DNA of 64,000 nt from the human T2T-CHM13v2.0 reference genome, Homo sapiens. The DNA lies in the NCBI RefSeq assembly GCF_009914755.1, contig NC_060926.1; one strand, 5' to 3'. Below, in pieces: positions 1-14,764 of the stretch. Under the pieces are notes generated by a model, which was not told the origin of the DNA, did no database searches, and saw nothing but the letters and a program-made list of their open reading frames with translations. The position numbers and the translations under genes were made by a program. Position 1 is the stretch's first letter. Each line of letters begins with the position of its first letter.

Positions 1-231
1 AAAGGCATTAAATATAATGCAGGTCTTGAAAAGGATAATAATAATTTGTTATGAATGTACATTTCCTCTTAAAATTAAGTATAATCAGAAAATGTCTTAT
101 TTCTAAAGAAGTTTAGACTAAAAATGAATTTGTTCTAATCCTATTAGGATTTTTAAAAGATGATGTCACATGAACCAAATGTATCACAACTTTACCATTA
201 ATGACTTCAAGCTGTTGAAAAGGTAGGGAGC

Positions 232-570
232 GGATATAGTTTGGCTGTGTCCCCACCCAAATCTCACCTTGAATTGTAATAATCCCCATGTGTCAAGGGC
301 AGGGCTGGGTGGAGATAATTGAATCATGGGGGCTGTTTCCCCCATACTGTTCTCATGGTGGTGAATAAGTCTCACGTGATCTGATGGTTTTATAAATGGG
401 AGTTTCCCTGCATAAGCGCTCTTGCCTGCCACCATGTAAGATGTGCCTTTCCTCTTCCATTGCTTTCCGCCATGATTGTGATGCTTCTCCAGCCATGTGG
501 AACTGTGAGTTCATTAATCCTCTTTACTTTATAAATTACCCAGTCTGGGGTATGAGAACGAACTAATATA
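232..570 (+). mobile_element. THE1/MST-family MaLR solo LTR
   Basis: Begins gatatagtttggctgtgtccccacccaaatctc and ends gagaacgaactaata, matching THE1-type LTR termini. Confidence 0.85.
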
Positions 571-2382
571 GGAATCAATTTTAACATGTCTTTAAAAAAT
601 GTTTGAACTCCAAGCATAGGTGTTTTACTTCATGAGCACACCTGGAGAGCTGAAATATCTGAGTTTTCAGGTCCCAAAAGATACACTTAAAACAATTCTG
701 GTACGTGGGCACAGATTCACTCTAGAATGTCCCATAATAAAATCAGCTTTGAAAAGTTAGTATGACATCCAATGATAGTTAATTTATTATTTTGTTTTTG
801 AAACATATTAGTATGACACTATTGGTTTCTTAAAAACTGAAACTTGAGACATTTTAAAAAATAAAAATTGATAAGTTATGGGGCAAGAATGGAATCAAGT
901 GAAGGAGAAAATAATCTATCATGGGTCTTTGTCTAGATAAATGACTGATTTTCTGGGAACAGATAAGACAAAAATCTAGGAAGAAAGTAAATCTATTGCA
1001 CACGGAATCTGTACCTGAGTACTGCAGACTCAAAGCTGAAATTGTATTTAGAAGTTTTATATTACGTTATATCTGCATTGTGACACATCATAGTGTCTGA
1101 GATATCAGCAATAGAAGGAGGTTTGAACATTTTTCTGAGTGCTGACATTTTTAGATTTCATCAGACATCTCTGGCATTGACTGATTCTGTGGAACAAGGA
1201 TCTTGGTGCCAAAAAAAAATTGTGTGAAGTTTCAGTCAAAATAACGTAACTAAATAAACAAATGTTTAAGTACCTAAGAATGAACCGGGGTATGTTGGAA
1301 AGTAATCTCAGCAAATGGACAATTGATAGTCCTAAGCTCTTAGCATGGCTGGATTTCAGACAGGCTTAGAGAAAAGATCTGAGGACTGTTTTGGTTTCAC
1401 TTACTTCTGTCAACTGGAACTTTGTAGTTACTGTTGCAGCCCCCTGGCTCAAGTTCATATAGTCATATTAAGACTTTTCCTTTTCTTTCCATAAAATGTT
1501 TTGGGTTATAAGTCAAAACCAGTTTTTTCTTCCTATAAATGTTTTGGGTTATAAATCAAATTTATGATCTTACAATACCATAAATAACTGATGAGGTGGC
1601 ATTTTTTGCTAGCAAGGCAGTAGTTTCTATAAATCATAATTGGTGATTGACTCTGTCTTTACCTTGAGAAAGCAGGTAGGAAGAAGGCGCAATCTTTCCA
1701 CACAATCACAATTTGCCCTGGTTGGGACATAAATGTTTCACACCAGCCAGAACCTGGGCAGCCACTCCTTCCTGTGTATAGGCACTCTTTCTGTTCACTC
1801 TCTCTCTGTTGGCTCCTTACACATACATTTGAAGACTATAACTCCCAAGAGAGAAAGAGGATTTACATGTATTTACATACATGGTGAATAATCTCAGAGA
1901 AAAAATTAAGTTACTAAAGTTGACTCAAGAAAAAAATAGAAAACCTGTACCAAGGAAGATAGAACAAATGACCTTAAAATATTACATTCTGAGCCCAGAT
2001 CATTTTATGGGTAAAGGCTTCAAGGCTTTAAAAAACAAAAGATTTTTATACTTTGGAAATGGTTAGAAGACCTACAAGGTTACCAAATGTATTTTATAAA
2101 GCCAGCAAAACACTGAATGCCAAAAATGACAAAGCAATCATATGTTTCTCTCTATCCCACACATACTCTCACATAAAAACATATGGGCCAGTGTAATTTA
2201 TAAATACCAATGAGAAAATCCTAAATAAAGAACCTAGAAACCATATATTAAAAGAATAATTTACCATAACTGTGTAGGTTTTATTCTAGAGCTACAAAGA
2301 TGCTTGCTATGTGGAATTGATAACATAACTATTAATAGGTCCAGTAAACGAAATCAAGTGATAATTTCAGTAGGTGTTATGA

Positions 2383-2756
<374 letters not shown>

Positions 2757-2759
2757 ATA

Positions 2760-3930
2760 TTCTGAAATATATATACATTGTGGGATGAGTAAATTTATCT
2801 AATTAGCATGTATTACCTCACATACTCACTTTTGGGGTGAGAACACTTAAAATCTACTCTCTTAGCAATGTCCAGGAACACAATACATTGTTATAAACTA
2901 TAGTTGCCATATTGTACAATAGATCTCTCCAAGTTATTCCTCGTGTCTTACAGAAATTTTTGTATCCTTTGACCAACATCTTCCCAACCACCCTCCTCTC
3001 TCAGCCCCTGGTAACCATCAATCTAGTGGCTACTTTTATGAGTTCAACTTTTTTAAGATTCCACATATAAGTGAGATCATGCAAATATTTGTCTTTTTGT
3101 GCCTGGCTTATTTCACTTAACGTAATGTCCTCTAGGTTCATACATATTGTTGCAAATGACAGATTTTTTTTTCTTTTTGAAGACTGACTAGTATTCCATC
3201 GTGTATATACACCGTATTTCCTTTATCTATTCACCCTCTGATGGACACTGAGGTTTACTCCTATCTTGGCTATTGTGAATAGTGCTGCAGTACACATGAA
3301 GGAAAGATATCTCTGATATAATGATTCATTTCCTTTGGATATATACCCAGTAGTGGGATTGCTGGTTCATATGATAATTCTATTTTTAATTTTTTGAGGA
3401 ACCTCCATGTTGTTTTCCATAATGGCTGTATTAATTTACATTCTCACCAACAGCGTGAAAGGATTCCCTTTTCTCCACCTCCTCGCCAACACTTATTACT
3501 TTTTGTCTTTTTGATATAGCCATTCTAACAGGTCTGAGGTGATATCTCATTGTGGTATTAATTAGCATATCCCTGGGGATTCGTGATAGTGAACATTTTT
3601 TTCATAAACCTGCTGGCCATTTGTTGTCTTCTTCTGAGAAATTTTGATTCAGTTCTTTCGCCCATTTTAAAATCAGATTATTTGTTTTCTTGCTATTTAG
3701 TTGTTTGCATGCCTTATATATTCTGAATATTCACCCCTTATGAGAGACATGGTTTGCAAATATTTGCTCCCATTCTGTAGGTTGTCTCTTCATTCTCTTG
3801 ATTGTTTCCTTTGCTATGCAGAAGCATTTTAGTTGAGGTAATCTCATTTGCCTATTTTTGCTTTTGTTGTCTGTGCTCTTGGGGTCTGATCCAAAAAGTC
3901 GTTGTCTAGACTGATGTCATGGAGATTTAA
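2760..3930 (-). mobile_element. L1 (L1M-type) 3' region
   Basis: Antisense L1 3' motifs such as ccacatataagtgagatcatgc and ctatttttgcttttgttg; boundaries approximate. Confidence 0.8.
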
Positions 3931-5814
3931 CTTTACCTTTTTCCCATTGTTTTACATCTCCTGTTTCTTATTTCATGACTTTTGCCACAGTTTGCAGAAC
4001 AGGTGAAACACATAAAAATTATAAAAACAATCCAGTTGGAAAATATAAAAGAAAGATTTATCTCATAATTTGAGAGAAATTTAAAAATATTTAGGTAGAA
4101 AGCTACCAGAGGCTATGATTTCATGGCTGAGGCTCTTAAAACTGTATATCAAATTCATCAATGACTTCCATATTGCTAAGTCCAAAGTACATCTTTCTAC
4201 CTTTATCTTAGCTTTTTCTTGCTAAACTTTATTTTGCAATTTCAAAATACATAAAAGGTGGAAGAATAGTAAAAAAAAACAAAAACAAAACCTCTCATAT
4301 GCCCTTCTTCCAGAATCACTAATTGTTATTGTAAAAATGTTTGTTCAAATACACACACATCATGATTTTATTCTGAACCATTTAAGAGTAAGTTGCAGAT
4401 ATTCTGGCTTTTTACTCTTAAATACTTCATCCAGTATTTTTTAAAGATGATTTCCTTACATAGCTACTGTATCATTTTTTAAATCAAGAAATTTAACATT
4501 GATACAATGCTATTACCTAACAGACAGTATTTAAATTTTGCAAATAATGTCCTTTATAGCATTTTGTTTCCTGATCCAAGATCCAATCCAGCATCACACA
4601 TTGCCTTTAGTTGTCATATTTCTTTAGTACCCTATAATTTGGAACACTTCCTCAGCCTTTTCTTGTTTATTGTGACATTGACATTTTTGAATAGTATAGG
4701 TCAATTATTCTGTAGAAAATATCTCCAATCGAGTTTGTATGTTGTTTCCCCAAGATTATTTTTTAATTTATACATTTCTGGGGAGCAAGGATACCAGAAG
4801 AAATTCTTTGTCCTTCTTAGTGTATCACATGAGGAGATTCACTGCTATGCGGATGCTACCGTTTATCTAATTACCATGTGACATTACCTGTGTATACTTA
4901 ATTAAGTTGGTGTCCCTGCAAGCTGATGTCTGTGTCCTTCCTTTACACACATCACACATCACATCCAATCTTTTTTTTTTAAGCATTTTCTCATTTTCTG
5001 GGTCAATAAGATATTGCAGATTTATCACATATGTTCCCTGCCCCAATGCTAGAACCAATCATTTATTCAAAAAGGGTTGGTTCCTTTTAGTAGGGAGTGG
5101 TTTTAGAAATCAAAATTTAGGTGCTAAATGTGTTCACTGCTATGGGGATGCCACTGTTTTCTAGGCCTTTTCATAAGTTCATCATGATATCTTCAATTCC
5201 AATCTAGCAATCCAAAACCACAAGGTTCTTCCTTCCCGTCCCCCTTCCCAAATCTGTTTTACCCTTCCCCAATCTTGATTATCCTGGCTTCCAAAAACAT
5301 TGATATATTTGTTCATTTGCACAATGTTTAGCTTACCTTTTAAAACTTTCCCTTTCCAAACACTGTCTCTTGGCCTCTGTTTTATCACTCTACAGGCTCT
5401 CTTCCAACAGAAGATTGTCTTGAGTCTTCTTTGTTGGCCTCTCCTTGGAGATCTGGCCCTTAAATATGGGAGTGCCTTCAGAATGGGTCTTGGGCTTCCT
5501 TCCTTACCCTTCCCTTCCTACACATGTTGCATAGTGCCTAGGTCCCTTACCACCTTTAAGCTAGTGATTCACAAATTGATGACTCTAGCCCTGTCCTCTT
5601 CTCTGAACTGCAGACTCATCGATAACTTAGTACTTTCACTTAGATATTAAACTTGACATGCCCCTGATTTTCTATTCTATCCACAAATCTGTGCTGCTGT
5701 CTATCCACATTTTAGGAAATGGCACCATCATCCAGCTGGTTGTTCAAACTAAAACCAGTTAATCTTTGATTTCTCCTTTTTATTTACTCTCCTCGCTATA
5801 TTCATTCCAACTTA

Positions 5815-6135
<321 letters not shown>

Positions 6136-8098
6136 CTATGAGTGAGATATATCCCTCCAGAATATAACTCAATTTTCCCACTTCTCATTCTTATTACCAT
6201 CTTCCTAGTCTAAGCCACTAGCATCTCTTGCATGAACGCTCATAATGGCCTCCTAAATGGTATCCTACCATCTCTTCTTACATTCCTCTAAATTTTTCTT
6301 CAGAATGTACTTGCTAGTGCCTTTAAAATCCAAATTACCTACCAAGATTTTGTGAAAACTTCCAAGACCTGCCTTTTTCTCCAAATATTTCCCATATCTC
6401 TCTTGCACTTACACTGGCTAGCTTCTTTCTGTTTTTAAAAACTAACCCATCTCCTCTCTTACTCCCTACACTGGGCCTTTGCACCTGCTGCTACCCCTGC
6501 TTGGAAAGCTTCCTCCAGCTCATCTCACGACTGCCTCACATTCATCCTTAGGCTCCACTGAGCTCTTCGATGACAACCCTATCTGGAATAGCTTTATCGC
6601 ATCACTCTGTTTTAGTCATAGCTGTCAGCATAGCCTGTGGTCATCTTGCTTCGTTATATGTTTATTGGCTTAATATTTGTCTTCTTCACTAGAAAGCAAA
6701 CTCCTCAAAAGCAGGAACAAGAGCTATTTTGTCTTTTTTGTCCCTGTATGCTTAGTGCCTGCCTCCCACACTGCATGACTCATCATAAGCACCCAAGAAA
6801 TGTGTTGAATAAATGAATCAGGAGAGGCTGGTTAGCACTGTGCAGGGAGAGTGCCTTGCCTGTGATCTCTGCCAGTCGACACTGGATATGGCTCCATTGT
6901 GAAGATGCAAGTTAATTAGCATCAAAGACCATCAGATACCCAAATCATGTAAATATTTCTTGTTCTGACTCTGAGCCTTCTGATTATAATTTGTGTTTCC
7001 ATGTAGCTTGTGCAGGAAGTTAATGCACTTTTAGAGCTGTGGACATCTGGTAACTTTGGTACTTCTATTTTAAGTCTAAGAGTGGTAAGCTGGCATTCTT
7101 GTTCTATCATTAGTATTGTTGGCTTGGTTATCTGAGGGACATTAATGGTAGCTGCAAACTACACTTCTAATCCTGCAGAGGTGAAGAATAAATGATGGTC
7201 GTGGATTTTACTAAGGTGCTATCAGCCTGATAGACAGCCCATTCATGCTGGCAGGGAAGTGCACCCAGGCTGCCGACACCCAGAATGGGAGGGGATGGAC
7301 ATCAAAAAGGGTGGGCTAAGGACTGGCGCCCAGAGGGCATGGTGGGGGAGGCACACACGGAGGGCACTCAGGAACGGGACAGGGTGGAACTCCAGGGGTT
7401 GGCCAGTGAATGGTACTCAGGGGTGGGTGCCCAGGGGATTAAGAAAAAAAAAAAGAATGAGCATTGTTGGAATTTAGAAAAGAGGGATCCAAAGTATGTA
7501 TTGATCAAAACTGTGTGCTAGGCATTATTCTAGGTGCTTAGAAAACACCACAAAACAGATGAGTATTACTACTATAGAGCTTTCTTTTTAGTGTGTTAGA
7601 AGGACAATGGGCAAAAAGTATAATACATGAACAATAATAATGTGAGATTGTAAGCGCTGTGGAATACAACAAAAAGTAGAGAAGGATAAAGGGGGCTGAG
7701 ATTGCCGAGAGTGGCAGATAGCAGTGCTAAACAGCATGGTGTGTATAGGCATTATTAAAAAGGTGAAATTTGAGCAAAGGCTTGTAGGAAGTGAAGCGTT
7801 GGTCACATATCATTTAATGAAAGAGTGTTCCATGTAGAGGAAATGGCTAGTGCAAGGCTCTGAGGTGGGAGTGTGCCTGGCAGATATAAGGTACAGCCAG
7901 GAGGTTTATGTGGTGAGAGCAGAGTGGTATAAACGTGAAAAATAGTAGTAGGAGAGGAGATCAGAGAGATGAAAAGGTGAGGGTGGGAACAGATCATGTG
8001 GCCTTTCAGGCCATCATAAGGACTTTGGCTTTTATTCTGTAGTAGAGAGCCTCTATGAGCTCTTAAACGTAATTGAGCTACAATCTGATTCACATTTT

Positions 8099-9846
8099 TG
8101 TTTGTTTGTTTGTTTGTTTTGATAAAGTGAATGTTTAATGGTAAAAGTTAAAAATCATCAGATTCATCTATCCTTTCTGTAGAGATATTCTTACCAAAGG
8201 GGTTATACTATGTATAGTGTATTATATAAAGCTCTTACTCTGTTGGAAACTATTTGGATGAATATCACCAACTTTTGTGATTTTCTTTTTTTCCATGGTT
8301 GACACAATCCCTTTTTGATTGATGATTCCTTTTTTAAATCTACCAAAGCTTTAAATTAATTTATAGTCAAGGTTAGCTATTAACTGAAGCCTGGGATCCA
8401 TTCTGTTACTTTAAGATGACTGGTCATTTCACCCTCAAAATATAATTAATTACTATCCTATTCTTGGAAGTGAGAAGAAAATTCTTTTTTATTTTTTATA
8501 TATCTCTCTTCAAATCCATTTTGTATGTGATGACTGCAGTTTAATCCCAAAAGGATAATCTTCTTTCCCATATGTATTTTTTATTTTACTTTAAGTTCTG
8601 GGATACAAGCAGAGAATGTGCAGGTTTGTTACATACGTATACATGTGCCATGGTGGTTTGCTGTATCTATCAACCCGTCATTTAGGTTTTAAGCCCCACA
8701 TGCATTCCCTGGGATGTGAGACTGGTTCAACATATGCAAATCAGTAAACGTAATCCATCACATAAACAGAAACAATGACAAAAACCACATGATTATCTCA
8801 ATAGATGCAGAAATCACCTTCAATAAAATTCAACATCCCTTCATGTTAAGATCGCTCAGTAAACTAGGTATTGATGAAACACATCTCAAAATAATAAGAA
8901 CTATTTATGACAAACCCATAGCCAATATCATACTGAATGGGCAAAAGCTGGAAACGTTCCCTTTGGAAACCGGCACAAGACAAGGATGCCCCCTCTCACC
9001 ACTCCTGTTCAACATAGTATTGGAAGTTCTGGCCAGGGCAATCAGGCAAGAGAAAGAAATAAAGAGTATTCAAATAGGAAGAGAAGAAGCCAAACTGTCT
9101 CTGTTCGTAGATGTCATGAGCCTATATCTAGAAAACCCCATCATCTCAGACCCAAAACTCCTTAAGCTGATAAGCAACTTCAGCAAAGTCTCAGGATACA
9201 AAATCAATGTGCAAAAATCACAAACTTTCTTATATACCAACAATAGCCAAGCAGAGAGCCAAACTGTGAATGAACTCCCATTCACAATTGCTATAAAGAG
9301 AATAAAATACCTAGGAATACAGCTTACAAGGGACATGAAGGACTCTTCAGGGAGAACTACAAACCACTGCTCAAGGAAATAAGAGAGGACACAAACAAAT
9401 GGAAAAACATTCCATACTCACGGATAGGAAGAATAAATGTGAAAATGGCCATACTGCCCAAAGTAATTGATAGATTCAATGCTATTTCCATCAAACTACC
9501 ATTGACTTTCTTCACAGAATTAGAAAAAAATTACTTTACGTTTCATATGGAACCAAAGAAGAGCCTATATAGCCAAGACAATCCTAAGTAAAAAGAACAA
9601 AGCTGGAGGCATCACGCTACCTTACTTCAAATTATACTACAAGGCTACAGTAACCAAAACAGCATGGTACTGCTACGAAAACAGAGATAAAGACGAATGG
9701 AACAGAAATAACACCACACATCTACAACCATCTGATCTTTGTCAAACCTGACAAAAACAAGCAATGGGGAAAGGATCCCCTATTTAATAAATGGTGCTGG
9801 GAAAACTGGCTAGCCATATGCAGAAAACTGAAACCGTTCCTTACAC
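8099..9846 (-). mobile_element. 5'-inverted, truncated L1PA insertion with a probable 3' transduction
   Basis: 14-bp TSD (8085-8098 / 9847-9860); T/TTTG tail; unique segment 8121-8576; antisense L1 3' end 8577-8706; plus-strand ORF2 RT fragment 8707-9846 (ORF 8789-9382, ...[18 protein letters not shown]...). Confidence 0.85.
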
Positions 9847-9884
9847 CTGATTTACATTTTAAAAGAAGGCATCACTTTGGCTAC

Positions 9885-10302
9885 TGTTTCAGTCCATTTG
9901 TGTTTCCATAAGGGAATACCTGAGGCTGGATAATTTATAACAAAAATAAGTTTATTTGGCTCATAGTTCTGCTGGCTGTACAAGAAGCATGGTGCCAACA
10001 TCTGTTTCTGATGAGCATCTCAGTAAACTTCTATTCATGGCAGAAGGTGAAGGGAAGCTGGCCTATGCAGATCACACAATGAGAGAGGAAGCAAGAGAGT
10101 GAAGAGGGAAATCCAGGATGCTTGTCAACAATCAGCTCTCGTGGAAATTAATAGAGTGAGACTCATTCATTGTGAGGATGGCACAAAGCAGTTAATGAGG
10201 GATCCACTCTCATGACCCAATAACCTCCTGCTAGAACCTATATTGGGGATAAAATTTCAACATGACATTTAGAAAGTTCAATCAAATATACAAACCACAA
10301 TA
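9885..10302 (-). mobile_element. MST-family MaLR solo LTR
   Basis: LTR-type termini with 5-bp TSD gctac (9880-9884 / 10303-10307). Confidence 0.8.
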
Positions 10303-10988
10303 GCTACTATTCTAAGAATAATCTGTAAGATTTCAAGGATAAAGAAGGGAGACTACTTAAGAGGCTCTACAATAATCCAGAAGACAGTAGAGGCTTGGAC
10401 CCAGAGAGTAATGGTGAAATTTGGCTTCTGGTAAATCCAGAAGACTATTTTGAAGGTAGAGCTATCAGGACTTCCTGTGATTGAGCATTGAGTGTAAAAG
10501 AAAAGGAAGGTAAGGATGACTCCAAGAATTTTGGTTTGAGTGAACGGAAAGATAAAATTCCTTTTTATTGAGATTTTGTTTGAGATTGAGGAGCAGGTGG
10601 GAGATATAAGAATTAAGAGGTAAGTTTGAAACATGTTAATTCATTTGCCTATTAGCCATTTTAAGTGCAAATTGCAAGTAGGATAGGGGAATCTTAAGTT
10701 TGGAAGAGGTGACTGGCCTGGAGATATAAATTAGGGGATTACTTGTATATAGATGGAATATAGAATCATAGGACTGGATGGGGTCATGAGTAGCTACAGA
10801 TGGCAATCAAGGACAGATCCCTGGTGTACTCCAATATTATAAGGGTATAAGAGGATAAATCAGCAAAGGAGACTGAGAAATAGTAAAGCACTTCATGGGG
10901 ATGAAGTAGGAAGAAAACCATGAAAGTCTCATGCCCTAAAAGGCAGGTGAAGTAAGTGTATCAGAGACAAGGAAATGATTGATTATGT

Positions 10989-11800
10989 TGTTATGGGCTG
11001 AATGTTTGCTCCCCCTACCCAAACTAGTATTTCAAAAACTAATACCCAATGTGATGCTGTCTTAGTTAGCTTTGTGTTGCTATAAAGGAATACCTGAGGC
11101 TAGGTAGTTTATAAAGAAAAGAGGTTTATTTGGCTCACAATTCTGCTGGCTGGAAGGTTCAAGATTGGACATCTGGTGAGGGCCCCAGGCAGCTTCTACT
11201 CATGGTGGAAGGCAAAAGGGGGCTGGCATATGTAAAGATCACATGGTGAGAGAGGAAGCAAGAGAGGCGGGGAGGTGCCAGACAATTTTCAACAATCAGC
11301 TCTTGCAGGAACTAAGAGCAAGAGAACTCACTCACCCCAAGGGAGGGCATTAATCTATTCATGAGGGATCCACCCCTATGACCCCAACACTTATTAGGCT
11401 CCACATCCAACATTAGGACCAAATTTTAACATAAGGTTTAGTTGGGATGAACGTCCAAACCATAGCAGGCTTTAGGAGGTGGGGCCTTTGGGAGGTGATT
11501 AGGTCATGAGGGTAGAGGCCTCATGAATAGGATTAGTGTCCTTATAAAAGATGCATCTGAGAGCTGCCTAGCCCCTTCCACCATGTGGAGACACAGTGAA
11601 AAGGTGCTGTCTATGAACCAAGAAATATGTTCTTACCTAACACTGAATCTGCTGGCACCTTGATCTTGGACTTCCAAGTCTCAGATCAAGAATGGTGATA
11701 AATAATCAAGAATTCCCAGAATGGTGATAAATAAATCTCTGTTGCTTCTAAGCTACTGGTCAATGGTACTTTGTTATAGCAGCACGAAGGGACTAAGACA
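10989..11800 (+). mobile_element. MLT1A-like LTR with a nested antisense MST LTR (11058-11467)
   Basis: tgttatgggctgaatgt...gactaagaca flanked by TSD tatgt; internal MST-like sequence in the opposite orientation. Confidence 0.8.
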
Positions 11801-12531
11801 TATGTCAAATGCTACTGATAGGTCAAGTCAGCATGAGGACTGAGGGCTTATCATGGGATTTTGCAAACATGGTGGTAATTTTAGGGGCCATAGATGAAAA
11901 CTTAATTTTAATGGCATTGTTTAAGTATGACTTATGTGTGTTGATCTTGAGCAAGACACACTAGGGTTTGTGGCTGCTTTCCCAGAGATGGGTAGCACAC
12001 CTACAAAGGAGGAGACTGCCAGGACTCTGCAAAACCTTTGCTATGGCCTCTTTGTTTAGAAATCATGCTTCTTTGTACCAATAAACTGAGAGACTTGTGA
12101 TTAGATAGCTCTGTGGGCTCACTTTTTCTGCCCAGAAGAAATTAATATGAGGGGTAGAACAGCTGCTCACTGTTGGGAGAGTCACCAGTTTGCTTCCAGA
12201 AACTCAGCTACAAGCTTGGGTGACCTTTCTGTGTCCTCTGCAGACCGAGTAAGCTTTCAGCTCTGAGCCAGGACCATTTTAGAGTTAAAGATGTTAGTTT
12301 TAAGGCCAGCAAAGGAGCAAATGGAAGTTACACATTACTTCACAGTTGCATCTGGTAGTGTGTAGATGGAGGAATAGCTCTTTATCCTATTTCTGTCTCT
12401 TGGAGTCTCATAATGTTCATCTCCCTGAAATAAAAAGAAATAAGTAATGGTTCGCCAAGAGAGGAAAGGCCACATCACTGTGTAAGATCTATCAAGGCTT
12501 CAGTGAGATGAAGTTTGAGGACATAGTGTAG

Positions 12532-13045
<514 letters not shown>

Positions 13046-13160
13046 TGGAATTGAAGTAAGTTGGTGGCATTTACTGACTGGATTTAGGGAAGATAAAACA
13101 AATATAACAGTCAGTACAGATTTTGAGCCTAGCTGAGTCGGAAAAGTCAGTTTGTCTAGG

Positions 13161-13461
13161 GGCTGAGTGTGGTTGTTCATGCTTGTAGTCCCAGCTACTC
13201 AGGAGGCTGAAGCAGGAGGATCACTTGAGTCCAGAAGTTCAAGACCAGCCTGGGTAACATAGCAAGACCCCATCTCTACAAAAATAAAAATGAAATTAAA
13301 AATTAGCTGGGTGTGGTGGCATGTTCCTGTAGTCCCAGCTATTTGAGAGGCTGAGGTGGGAAGATCGCTTGAGCCCAGGAATTCTAGGTTGTACTGAGCC
13401 ATAATTGTGCCTCTTCACTCTGGGCTGGGTACAGAGCGAGAACTTGTCTCTAAAAAACAAA
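13161..13461 (+). mobile_element. Alu (AluJ-like)
   Basis: Dimeric Alu motifs and an A-rich tail. Confidence 0.85.
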
Positions 13462-14399
13462 TGATCTAAATATATTTCTTATTAATTCCCTTAAAATGAA
13501 AAATTGAAAGATATTTCTCTAGTAAGTTAAATAGCTGTTAGCTATAAGTATATATAGCCACATATTTAAGTATGCAGCCATTGTCTATAAGTAATAGAAC
13601 CCATCAATAACATGCACTTAAAACATAGAGTTATTTATTGTTTATTAGACAGAAATTCTGGAGTTGATCCAGGGTTGGTTCAGAGGCTCTTTGAAGCCAT
13701 CAAGCCCTCAGGATTAGGCACCATGCTTTTTCTGTCTTTCTTTACTGCTACCCTCCTATGCTGGTGATGTCTCTTCTCATGGCTACAAAATGGTTGCTGA
13801 AGCTGTGAGCATTACATCCCAGTAGGACAGCATTTTAAGCAGGAAGGAAGTAGGTGGGAGCCAAAGTGCTTTCTCCTTACATACCATTTATTCTCTCTGT
13901 CTCATGCAGGCCTCCAGAAGACTTATCTATCAGTGTCCAAAATGGGCTGTATGCCTACCCCTAGGCCAATCACTGGCAAATGGGACTAAATTAGGTATCT
14001 CACTATTTATTGGGCCCATCAACCATCCCAACAAAATCAGAGTTCTGTTGGTCATGAGAATTAAGCAGGGCTGTAGGGAGGGCAACTAATAGTGCTTGCT
14101 ATAGTTACAAAGATTTATAGACACTTAACTCATATTCCAGTGACCAATTAATTACTTTATACACATAATGCCTTTCTCCAAACAATACTCTAATTTTTCT
14201 ACAGAATATTCCTCTCTCATGGCTTTACCATGATAGCTTTAACAACATAGAGAAACTATTTATAATAACCTCACATTAAAGTTACTTTTAATGGGGAAAT
14301 CAGACTTGAGATTTCCCAAGTTGGTCTATTATATATAACAGGCTACCATGAGAACCAGTGCATCAGTCGAAAAAATAAAGAAAAAAAAAAAACTCCCTG

Positions 14400-14764
14400 T
14401 GTATTAGTCCATTTTCATGCTGCTGATAAAGACATACCCGAGGCTGGGCAATTTACAAAAGAAAGAGGTTTAATGGACTCACAGTTCCACAGGGTGGGGA
14501 GGCCTCTCAATCATGGTGGACGGCAAGGAGGAACAAGTCACATCTTATGTGGATGGCGGCAAGCAAAGAGAGAGGTTGTGCAGGCAAACTCCCATTTTTA
14601 AAGCCATCAGATCTTGTGAGACTTGTTCACTATTGTGAGAACAGCATGGAAAAGACCCACCCCCATGTTTCAGTTATCTCCCACTGGGTCCCTCCCACAA
14701 CACGTGGGAATTATGGGAGCTACAAGATGAAATTTGGGTAGGGACAGAAAGCCAAACCACATCA
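14400..14764 (-). mobile_element. THE1 solo LTR
   Basis: tgtattagtccattttcatgctgctgataaagacatacc...ccaaaccacatca with TSD ccctg on both sides. Confidence 0.9.

Noticed and set aside
6802-6840. Loose resemblance to the U6atac snRNA 5' end (gtgttg…ggagag…ggttagcact)
   Set aside because: Similarity is short and gapped, overlaps an L2 3' terminus (tgaataaatgaat) and does not continue
8789-9382. 197-aa reverse transcriptase ORF as a functional gene
   Set aside because: Frameshifted internal fragment of a truncated L1 ORF2 with no promoter or endonuclease domain
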